This document shows, one piece after another, positions 9,096 to 21,000 of a DNA stretch of 37,249 nucleotides. Where the stretch lies: NCBI GenBank assembly GCA_000934665.2, contig JYFJ02003819.1, positions 1 to 37,249 of the forward strand, read 5' to 3'. Both the position numbers and the translations under genes were made by a program. The notes under the pieces were generated by a model. The model was not told the origin of the DNA. It ran no database searches and saw only the letters and a list, made by a program, of their open reading frames with translations. This stretch comes from Catajapyx aquilonaris (lineage: Eukaryota). The stretch's first letter is position 1. Every line of letters begins with the position of its first letter.

Positions 9096-12000
9096 GTAAG
9101 TATTGTGAAACTGTGAGGTTGTTTATACATTGGAAACTAATGCTGCTCTTTTTAGGAACAGAAGAAAATTCTTTATTACTATCCGTCCGATGTGGATTTA
9201 GATACGCAGATGAAGAGTGTTGGGCTCAGTGAAGCTCTAACGAGATTCACAGAGTAAGTACGGCTTTGAAAATGTTGTGAGAGTGTTGGGCAGTATTGGT
9301 AATGGCAGCCCAGAAAACAGCCAAAATTTAAAAATTTAGTGACCTGCTACAGACCTCTCAACTAGGTTGAGACCAAATGAGGAGTACCGCCTATGAAAAT
9401 GAGGGGGATTGGTTAGTAATGAGGGAGATTTCAATTTTTATTTTTATTTATTTATTTTATTTTTATTTAGTTTACCCCGTGATGACCCTTATGGGTGCTA
9501 TAGGGGGTGGCATACCACCATCAGTTTTCTGTATATATTTTCTGCTTCATTCACCGGTGCAAGGAAACGGACAATGGGAAAGGGAAGGGATTTTTGGGGC
9601 GGGAACATGAGTGCAAGGTGCAATGTCGTAGCTAATGGGTCATGTGCTGTTCCCCAGGAGGTTAGGTTGCCAGACACCTCCTTGGTGCAGGTCAGAGACC
9701 CTCCTGACGCAGGTGAAAGGAAAGTTCCCCAGGCGGGGATCGAACCTGGGGCCTTTCACTCAGCAAGCCGAGACGTTACCATCTCGGCCACCACACCTCC
9801 CCGGAGATTTCAATATAAACTGACACTGATATTTCTGTGTATCTGGAGATCACTGTTGGAGAGAAATTTAAGTCTCGCATGTGCATAAATTAGTGAAATA
9901 TACAACAAATTCTGCAAATATTGTGGCATTAATACATGCACAGTTGTTCCCACTGTAACTGTAAGTTTCGCGAGATATTCAAGCATGAGAGGGCACTACA
10001 GGGCGAAATGAATCGCGAGCACCGTAGCAGGCACCGTACCCAGGCTAGCACTAGCAGCCAGTTCAGTTGTATTTAGTATAGTTGAGTAAAACCACAATTA
10101 GCGGGGGAAGGGGTCCGAATTCGGAAGTCCCCCGCACAATGCGGGAGAGTTGAGAGGTCTGCTGCTATGGTATCTTCCATACGGTTAAAATAGGAAGGGG
10201 CAACTAGGAGCTCATGATCATGATTTTGGGTGGCATGGTGGTGTAGTGGTTACTGCCTTCTGCCTCGGAGGACCCGTGTTCAATTCCAGGGTCGAGAAGA
10301 GGAATTTATGGGTTCATATGGGTTCGTCTTGATGTAGTCTGGACTTAGTGGAATTGGATTCAGCAAAATTCCCTTGAAATTCTAGTCAGACATCTATAAA
10401 GCCCTAGTGCATTATGCGCTAAACTTGCATGTGACTTGGCCTTTTAAACATAGTCACCTGGCTGCAGAGGTGGACACAGCTAACTTTCGATAACAGCTAA
10501 CTTGCTCAGAAAAACCATGGACATCACCAAATCGTTAATGCTTAACAGCTAGAAAGGTTAGTGGAAACCCCCGAAATCATTCTAGCTGTTTATCATTAGC
10601 AATTTAGCGCCGCCCACGGTTTACTAACCGGATTAGCTGTTAGCGGAAGTTAGCTGAGCTAAAAATTTCAGTTAGCTTGTCCAGCTCTGCCTGGCTGACA
10701 CAGACAAAAACTGGTACTGGGACCTGGTTGGAAACTTTGAATGAGAGATGAGCATAAACTTATGATACTAGTTGCAAAATGTAATTTGCTACTATATCCC
10801 TTGGTAAAATTAATGTCAAACAAGACATGAAACAAGACAAGAAAAATTGCATGGACCAGAGCCGGTACAGGTTTCACTCTATCAAAACTCTACAATTAAA
10901 ACTGACCTTATTTTCCATTGACGTAACTTGTGACTGGCATGATGTTGGCATTCTCCTTGGAGTGCAAGGGCATGCTGCACTATCACAAGTGTCACATAAA
11001 ATTTTTGTGTCTTGTGCATGAATTGCAGGTATAAATTTTCTAGCAAATGTTTTTTTTTTAATGTTCAAGGTGGAAATCAATATAGGGTGCATATTGCTGA
11101 TTACATATTGTGTCTTGACATTTCAGTACCTTCAATCCTGAGCAACCATGTGACTCCCTGCACACACAGAAAATGAGGCAGCTATTTTTCCAGCCTGAAG
11201 AAAATTTTTGGATGGTGATGGTATGTTATTTTTCACTTGGTCTACGAGGGCCAGTCGGAAAATAAGTTTCGCTGTGCTACAGTTTCGATGCCATGTGTCA
11301 GGCAGGGTAAAGACGAGCATGAGCTGGTACATTGATCCTTCCTGTACTTTATAGAATGGATAGGCGCCATATGGCAGCTTATGCGCTGGCGCGGCAGCTG
11401 TTGGACGAGACTGAGTGGCAAACTGAGTGTGTAGTGGCGAGCCGAGTGTGCCCGCACATATGCCGCCAGGAAAAGTCATGGCAGACAGAGTGTTTGTCAC
11501 ATGGACTAAAGGGCGGTATCCACTGCTCAATATCAAGGGGTTGATTCAAGGGGTTGAATGGGTTGAAACCCCTTGATATTGAGCAGTGGATACTGCCCTT
11601 AAGACAGAGGTGAGGGCAGATTTTCGCTACCAGTGGTCGACATTTGAAATACGACATTAATCGCCGGCTAGTGGAGGGTGTGGTCCGGAGATGTCATGTC
11701 TGAGCAAAAGGTGCGGCAATGTGGTGGCGGCCATTCTGGAATAAGCTCGCGAGCGTGAAGGACAACCAGGGACCTGGACTACCGGCCACTGCAATTACCA
11801 ACAGTGTCCTAAATTCTGCCTTATGACTACATGTGACCAACACTTTCTGCCTGCCATGACTTCTCCTGGTGGAATGTGGGCGGGCACACTCAGTTTGGCA
11901 CTTGATCTCATCCAACGGCTGCCACGCCTGCCCATAAGCTGTGAGATGACGCCTACCTGTCCTATAAAGTACCAGAAGGCTCCACATACCTGCTCATGCT

Positions 12001-15000
12001 TGTCTTTACTCTGTCTGATGCATGGTGTCAAAACTGTAGAATCTTGAAACTTATTTTCTGCCTGGCCCTCGTATGTTTCATTCAGTACAGATAGGAAAGT
12101 AAGCAACTTTTGTGGTTTATAATCTATTGAGGGCAAGTGTAATATGCTTTGTTGGAAGTTGCTGATAATGATGCAAATAGAATATGTAATAGGAAATAGA
12201 TATGTTTCATTTTCCTGTTTGTGTCATTAGTAAGCAGATGACTTGGGCCATTGCATGTCAGAACTTGAGAAAATAGAAGCTCCATTCATAGCTCTCTTTA
12301 GGCTTTCTCTAGGCCACCCAGTTCCATTTCCAAATTTCAGTTGTTTAGTTTTGTTCATTGTGTGATGATTTTTTTCTGAATATAGTGATATTTATTATGA
12401 ATTGGTACTCAATATGTAGCAATTTCAATGTGGGGCAGCTAGGTTAAAGGTAGCCACCTTTGTCTCAAAGGATCCCTGCCAGGATGATGTTTTCTGTGGA
12501 CCGCCAGTTTCAGTGGAAGTTGTTTCATTGTTTGATAATATTTTTGCATGGCTAATTACAATTTCCATGTACTGTATTAGGTCTATGCAAAAGTTCGTGC
12601 AGTTGACTTTGCGGGGTCAATAACTTGAGCATTTTAATACCCGCATGTTTTATGTGGTGGCGGTGTTACTCTACATACATGTGCAAGGCATCCACTGATG
12701 GTTATTTATTTAGTTTTGCTCTATCAGTTGCTGTTTTTCCCTCATTTCGAGATGAACCCCGACCAGACCCATCTTCGCCACTGTTTTCTCTTGTTTTTTA
12801 ACCAGGGAAAAACTGCGGCGGAAGCCAAATGGCGTTTGTGCAAGACATGCGGTGAGGACATAGTGTCTGAACACGTTTGTCAAAAGTGGTTCGAGAACTT
12901 TCGCCAGGTGATTTTTATGTCACCAATCGGCAAAGGTCCAGGCACCCCAAGGCTTTAGTTGATCAAGACCCCAGGAGGGCATAATCTGCCATGAGCTGTT
13001 GCAACAGGGTGAAAGGGTGATTGTGCACCCCTGCAGTGCACAACTAAGGAAATTAGTCAAAGTCCTGCAGCAGAAGTGCAAAAAATGGACTGAACCATTG
13101 GCAAATCATTCTCCACCATGACAATGCATGACCTCGTGTAGCGAAAGTGACCAATAAGACGTTGCTGGAACTGGGATGGTGGGTGCTACCACACCCAGTG
13201 TACTCGCGAGACATTTCCCCTTTGGATTACCACCTGTTCCGTTCCATGCAACATGGTTTGTCTAGCATCACTTCCCCAATCTCACTGATGTCAAGGAATG
13301 GGTGGTTGTCTTCTTTCAGACAAAGCTCAGAAGCTTTTACGACCATGCATTCATCTACTGCCCCACCATTGACATGGAGTTATTGAAAGTGACTGTCAAT
13401 AATTTGATTACTAAATGTTATGCAAACAAGTTTAACAGATTTTTTATTTTCCCCAAAAAACGCACGAACTTTTGCATAGCCCTTTTTCTCATCATATATT
13501 TTGGCAGGAGATTAGGTCGTTTGTGTCTTGTAACTCTGCTCGAGATAAAGAGGTACTGCACTTAAGGTGCATTTACATGTGAGCGATTTGACGAGCGAAA
13601 TCTTCACAGAGGCTGAAATTAACAATCAATTTTCACCTCAAACAATATTGGTTACTTGGGTTACTTAGCCTAGGCGAAGATTTCGCTCATCAAATCGCTG
13701 ACATGTAAGCGCACCTTTACTCTGAATAAAACCACCAGTAGGTGTTCGGAGGACATCCTGGTGCTGGTGTAACTTCTGTAAATCTCGCATAAGATCATTC
13801 ACTGTCCTGGAATGGAGAGAATGTTGACTGAATTGAGGGATCCATGGCAACTGTCAGGCAACATTATTCATAGATCCATTTATTATTTATTACTAGCAGG
13901 ATACCTGTTCTTCGCGCAGGAATTGAAGAATGAATATATTGCATGAATGGTAAAAGTTGCCATGGACATCCGTTGCTATGGCAGAGTAGGGTGGTAGAGG
14001 GGAATGGAAATGGGACATACTGACAAACTTAGCCTTTTATGTACTTGTATGTATAAGATTTTTACCAAGGGGGCAATAAGATTTTTTTAAATTTTTTTTT
14101 AAAGTTCTTTTTAAACCATTGCTATTTAGTAAGGATGAGGTGGTATTTCTTCCTTGATTGAAAGGTGTTTTGGAAGAAATCAGACACAAAACTGTCTTGT
14201 GCCTGAATTTCATATGTATCTTCTAACCTCATGTGTGTCATGGGGTATCCATTATTACCTGATGTGTGTCTTATCACAACATGCTCCCCTAATAATGATA
14301 GATGATAACTAATTATTGCATTATAATTCTAATGCTGTTACTGTAGCTACTACTACCACTGCTGTTGCATTGATTTTAATGGCTCATTTTCAGACACTCA
14401 CCGTGCCTGTCATTTCTAGAACCAAAGACAAACAAGATTATTTGGAATATCATAATGATGAAGTTCATGATAATGTATTTTTGGCCATCTTGAAGCAAGC
14501 TTACCAAATGTTCTGCCTGTTCCGTGGAACTTTTGGTTACATATTGAAGAGTGATAAAGGTGTGAGTCAACTTCGGGAAACTTTTGAGTACTTCTTTTCA
14601 AGAGTAAGTAGAAAAAATCATACACACAAGTCTGTTAGTCACACACGTTGATGACATTGTTATTTACTTTTTCAGTACCTACCAACACTGAAGCTGAATC
14701 ATGCTGATATTATGGATATTTTCCAAGGAATCCAATTTCTTCCCTTGGATAAGCAAACCTTTCTTCGAGTACAATGCTTTGTCAACCTAGCACAGACTAC
14801 ATGGCCAAGAGTCAAATATGTTGTTTTCATGTACAATGACCAGTTAATATGGTGAGGATGCAGGCATTGGTGACTGAATGGAAGCAACAACTGCATTTTT
14901 CTGCATTTAGAGGTGGGCCAGAATAAATCAGGGGTGACCAGCAGGCATGTAGGGACCGCGCAAAACAAGTATTGCTGGTTAGGCTCATTAATAATAATTG

Positions 15001-18000
15001 CACCTTGCTCAGAAAGTGGGTAGTGGTTGCATTTTGTCATTGAAGTTATACAATTATTTACAGGAGCATAGAGCCTTCAATAATGGCCACAGGCTGATGA
15101 TGGGGAAAAGGGGGAGGGGGTTCCACTCTCGTAATTTATCCCTGTTTTGGACAAATTTAGAGTTTCCACTTGATGTATCCATCATAGGTATAATGTAGAC
15201 AAAACCCTCTCCAATCAGGCATGCTGGTTTAGCTACCAGAGGGAAATTTTCGAAAACTTGGTCACCCTTGATTTTGCTGGCATGGTGTTCTATTTCTATG
15301 TGCAGAAATACTGCAGTTTCTTTTCAAATGATTCTTGTTTATTATGATATCTTTTTGCTTACTTTAATTCAGCATTTGAAATTAGCACATCATTCCATGT
15401 CAGCCCACGTAAGCATGGTCAATCACTGAAGATTTGACCTGTGCAGGTGTCTTGGGACACAATTTCTAATGCTTTTCTCAATGCTGAGTGGGGCATGCTA
15501 TAGTGAAATCTGTGTATAGTAGAATCACACGTGGCCCTAAAAATATTCCATAATGGACAAGTTCATGCTGTATTTGACATGCAATTAATATCTTAAGCAT
15601 AGCCCACGCCCGGAAAAATTCTGCAATGGACAGGTTTCTGCTGTACTATAAAAACTAAAAACGTTTTCTGAAAGAATTCTAGCAAGTAAGGTAGGGAATT
15701 TGTAAGACACCTGCTCTGTTAGCTAATTTTTGACTTTATAGCGCTTAATAATGTCTTCTAATAAATGAACAATACAATTGCGAACCAGTATGTGAAGCTG
15801 AGATATTGGGATCAGTGAGGGCGACACGGTGGCCGAGCGGTTAGCGCCGCAGCCTTCCACCTCTAAGGTCCCGAGTTCGATCCCCGGGTCGGACGGAGGA
15901 TACTTATGTGGATAGAGTTTCGATGGGTTCTCTCCGTGTTCGCGTGGGTTTTCTCGGGGTTCTCCCATTTCCTCCCACTATCAAAATCCATCACATGACA
16001 GGCAAATGATTAAAATCGGTTATTCAAAAGATGATCCCCTAAGAGGCCCAAGGGGCCTATCACGGGGTATCATTATTATTATTATTATTATTATATTATT
16101 ATTATATTGGGATCAGTGTGATCTGAATGTGCTATTGTTTATTTAAAATTGGTACAGATGGCACTAACAAGGGAATGACCAAGGGTGGTAACTTCCGATT
16201 TGGCTGAAACTTGCATGAGGAGTCAATCATGTGCCATAAACACAGTGGTGAAAGTCCTACACTCTTGTTTTCAGCCGTTTCCGAGATATGCGCGACAGAA
16301 GCAACCGAATTTTGGCCACGCGTACAGGGGTCGTGCAGGAAAGATGCAGGCGCAAGGCCTGCAAGGCCCCTGTACCCCTATATCTGCGGCCAAAATTCGC
16401 ATGTTCTTATATCTCGGAAGTGGCTGAAAATGGTCACTTAAGACTTTCACTACTGTGTTTACGACACATGATTACTCCTCATGCAAGTTTCAGCCAAATT
16501 ATAGGTTACCACCCATGGTAATTCCCTTGTAAGTACTATAATGCTCAAAAAGATGGCGATGATTTTGTATTGAAACCAAATGCAAAATTGTCTTCATCTA
16601 ATTGAGTGATATAGTTATTATGATAGTTTTTTTTCTTCAATTTAGGTGTCATTGGTTGAAGGTGACTTTTTGAGTCATGATTGTATTGGTCACTAACGCA
16701 TAATGCTTTTTGCACAAGAGGCCTCATTTCAAATGGGTATGAAAATAAGATACCTTGTTGAGTTAATTTATATCAGTTTTAGTGAACAGGGTGTTATTCA
16801 AAAAATTTACTCATGTGATGATGTCAGAATTTTATTTCTGTTTTCCATAGTTTTGTCTGGGTCAAAGGCTGTGGGTTTTTGTCCTATAGACAATATAATT
16901 GGAGAATGTGACCCAGTCACCTTAGGCAGAGGGATGGCACTTTGCCAGCATACTTGTATTATTATTTGGAAATAGAATAATGTAAGTCGTGGAACAAAAA
17001 ACACTTTACTATACCTAGGAAGCTTGTGCATAATGAATTCTGAGTCAGATTTTGCTGGTCATTTGTATTAGTGAGGATTTTGCAAATACGGGGTGTTCCA
17101 AGTTTGTGGGTCATTTTTTGTTATCACTGATATCATCCAAAGTAGTTATTTTTGTGTAGCTTGTGCCCCCATCAATATGCCTCAGTACTTCCAGGTGGTC
17201 GAATGTCGCAGTGGCTATAGAATAGGGGCGCCTGGATTGGGGCACAACAAGCTACAAAATAACAGCTTTGAACCAAATTTCCTATAACTATAATTATCAT
17301 AAAAGGCCTTACGAACTTGGAACACCCTGCATACAAAGAATGGTGCAAAGTTTTCCCATTTTATGTTACTTTTTTCACTGAGTAACAAACTAGTTGCTTT
17401 TTAAAAGTAACTTCCCCAAGGCTAGATGTAAGTCTGGTAACATTACAGTATTACCACTTGGGCCATTTTTTTTGCAGGAGTGGGCTAGATCAAGAAAATA
17501 CACAAGTCCTCTATCGATACTTAGTGACAACGCTTCTCCCGTCATTTCTGGAAGCTGAACTGCAAGGTGCTGCAAATAGCACTGCAACATCTCACTCTCC
17601 TACATCCCCATTTGCTGTGCCACATTATGGAAAGTAAGGAAGAGAGTTTTGCATTTAGAGAAGTTAGTAACAAATCACCGCATCTTCAGGTTCATCACAG
17701 GACCTACGAACTTGCACGATCCAAGTGCCATTGGAAAGATCCCAAAAATTTTTATACATCATAAAGCACAACCTGTGGAGGAGCTGTATCTTGTAGCATA
17801 CAGAGCTCTTAGTGCAACAGCCTGTCTTTTGTATGACAGTAAGTCATGGCACGTTAGAGCAAGCTGAATTGACCTTAAAACTTTTTTTGTGCCATTAGCA
17901 CAGCCAACATTTGACATGTACAAGAAGCTGGACAACTTTTTGGGCCCTCAACTGTCAGCAGTAGCATCAGAAATAGCAGAGCAGTGCAACCGAAAGACAA

Positions 18001-21000
18001 CAAATCCATCATCAGAACTCAACTGTCGGTTCATCTACTTCAACCGGATGAACCTGGCCCAGAAGAGCACTGTGCATTTGGACAACAGGAAAGCAGGAAA
18101 CATCACTATAGCACCAGATATTCTTAAGTTGCTAAGTGATATTAATGCAGATCTTTCTAGGTATGTGAGAGATTTGGATATTTTTACATTGATGCAAAGT
18201 AGGGTCTAGAGGCGAATATGTCTCTAATATATTCTACATTTGTTTTTGGTTTAAATTAATGGAAATTGCACCATAATCTTTAAAAAAATTGGTACTTTTG
18301 GATACCACTCTCATGTTGGAACTGATTTCATGCCTTCCTTGAACTGTTATCATAGCTGTATGGAAGGGGTCTCTTCATAGTAACAGAGATCTTGGAGCAT
18401 AAAGGGCTATTTTATCAGGGGGAATATCTGCGAATTTTTGAGCTTGGGGCAGACCAGGGAAGTCCCTTATGTTTTGGCATGGACTATATAATATATAGTC
18501 CATGCCAAAACATAAGGTGCCAAAACATAAGTGTGGGATCTGATGGCATATATTATATGCCATCAGATCCCACACTGGTTGGCTTTCTGCTTGTCCCCAT
18601 TCAGTTCCCCACTCCCTCAATTTCACTCCTGCAACTCCTGCAATTCACACTGAATTCCATTCAATATGGAGTAACCAATCTAGGCACATTCTTTCCAGTG
18701 AATAGTTTCCAGATATTGGTAAAGAACTGAGTGTGCTTAATCTACAAGCATTAGAGTCACAATACTTGCAGAAATGATTTTCTCTTGCTTTTGGAGTTTA
18801 ATGGCATATACACATAATATGGGCACATGACGGTTTCCATTTTAAAAATATCGATTTGGAAGATAATGCAGTGTTTGTCACCTAAGTGCATCCAAATTGC
18901 TTAAAAACTTGATCGATGGCAAAAGTTGAACAGTGAATATTTTGGAAAAGATGCGTGTAACACATCATGTAATTTCATAGCCACTTCACCAACAGAATAG
19001 TGAACTCAATTTTCATGGTGATATATTCATCTTGATTTGTACTACACTGCAGTACCCACATCCTAACTTCTCAAAAAAAATAGGCATGCCCTAAATATTG
19101 CAACCTCTGTGGTTAAGCTATACATGGTAGGGTTTCAAAAGAACATTTCTTCTGTACTGCATTGTACCCACCATTCTGATTGGTGGAGCAGATCCCCCAC
19201 CCTCTGCTCCACCAATCAGATAGCTTAGGGTGCCTGGTGTGGAGTGGAGGGGGAAAGGTCACCTAATCCCTTTTTTGAGATGTTATGCTGTGGGTAGTGT
19301 ATATTGTCTTATAATCATGAGAATAATAACTAGCCACTTAAAATTGAATACATTACATTATGGTATCTAGCTGGGGTTGCTTCAAGCTGCTGATTAGAAT
19401 AGATTTTTTGATTGGCACCTACCAAATTATCTTCCATAGAAAATGGTGAGTGCAGATTTTTTTGGTATTTAATTGGTGTTTCTTCGTACTTTTTGCCTTG
19501 GTTTTTTAATATGAAAATATTGCGTTGAACCAGTTGGAAATTATTCATTTCGCCAATGTCTGTTGTTATTCATATGTTTGATTATAGGGATTCCACTACT
19601 GGAGAGGTTGTGATGAAAACTATGAGTGACTGCTGGGTAGTGGGAAAGCAGTCAGATGGACGAGAGTTTTATGTTGTTATCAACCAGAAGAATGCCAACC
19701 TAATTGAAATTAGTGGTGAGTTATTTTTCTTGCGATTTGGATATCACATAAAATGTCCAAATAAGAACAGGTTGTATGTTTCTGGCCACTGGATTTTGCA
19801 AATGTGGAGTGTTGTCATATCAGTGACATAGAAGTTAGAAACAAATGAGGTTGACATTATATACAGGGTGGACCAACTTCAAGTGTCGTTTTATAACGGC
19901 GATTAATAGCAGTGATTTTGCGATGACGTAGCAGCGACGTGTAAAATGTCCCACTTCGGCGCCATCGAAAATATTAGCTGCCAATAGCAGCACACATGTA
20001 ATCAACCCTGCTGCTGGGTTGACCTGGCAAAAATGAGGTGCACACATGACCTGTGATGCGCCTGGGTGAAATGGGTGACGTCCAAGGCACCAGATGGAAC
20101 ATGGACCTGTAATGCAAGGGGGAAGCCTGCAAACGAAACACAGCTAATATTTTCGATGCCGCCGAAGTGGGCCATTTTACACATCTCTGCTACTTCAATC
20201 GTAAAGCGCTTCTATTAATAGCCGTTATAAAACGACACTTGAAGTTGGTCCACCCTGTATTTGGTCACTAGAATGTTTCTCCCATTTGCTTTGCAAATAT
20301 GACAGCAACATTGAGAAATCAGTGTCACTATTTTTTCACTTTCATCTTGATGAGTAACTTCTGCATTGCATATCGCCATTAATCTGACAAAAGGAGGAAT
20401 TCGACATATTTGCTAAAACCGGATTAACTTATGGCCTCTGCCAGCACCATCAAATGTAGGGTCACATTATGACAAAACAGGGAACATGTGGTACAAGTGG
20501 CGTCAGAGTCATAGCGGCAAATTAAAATGCCATCGTATGTATTTGTATAGCGGTTTGCAGGTTTCTTTTGGCTCTCCTGTGAAATTAGGAAAATGTTGAA
20601 TTTGTCCTCTTGTCAAATTAACGATGATATGCAAGTCTTTCTGCTCAGGTTAGCAAAACAAAACAAAAGAAAAGACCTGCTGCCTTTTGCTATTGATATG
20701 GTAGGAACAAAACACATTCAAAATCTGCTTCTTATGCTGTTAGGATAGCTTGTCAGTTTGGATTGTAGCAGAAAAAGCAGTAAGTAGGCCAAATATTGGC
20801 AAGTGATTTTAATGGACCATATGAGGAAGGGTTATCGAAGATTTTAAAATTACGGTATACATTTAAAAATTCTTGTAACCTATACCAAAATCTGTGTCTG
20901 GTGATGCTCCCTGGTGGGTATGCACTATGTTTAATAAGACTGGAAAAAATTCAAGGAGGGCTGCCGTAAAATGCAGACCAGAATCAACACCTCATCCGCT

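Noticed and set aside
14929..15270. hAT-like MITE (caggggtgacca...tggtcacccttg)
   Set aside because: Only a 12-bp imperfect inverted repeat with no matching TSD
15818..15892. tRNA gene (also considered at 9725-9802, 10228-10295, 25415-25490)
   Set aside because: A and B boxes are present, but the heads run into SINE bodies (with tails and TSDs in two cases) and no oligo-T terminator follows; these are SINE heads
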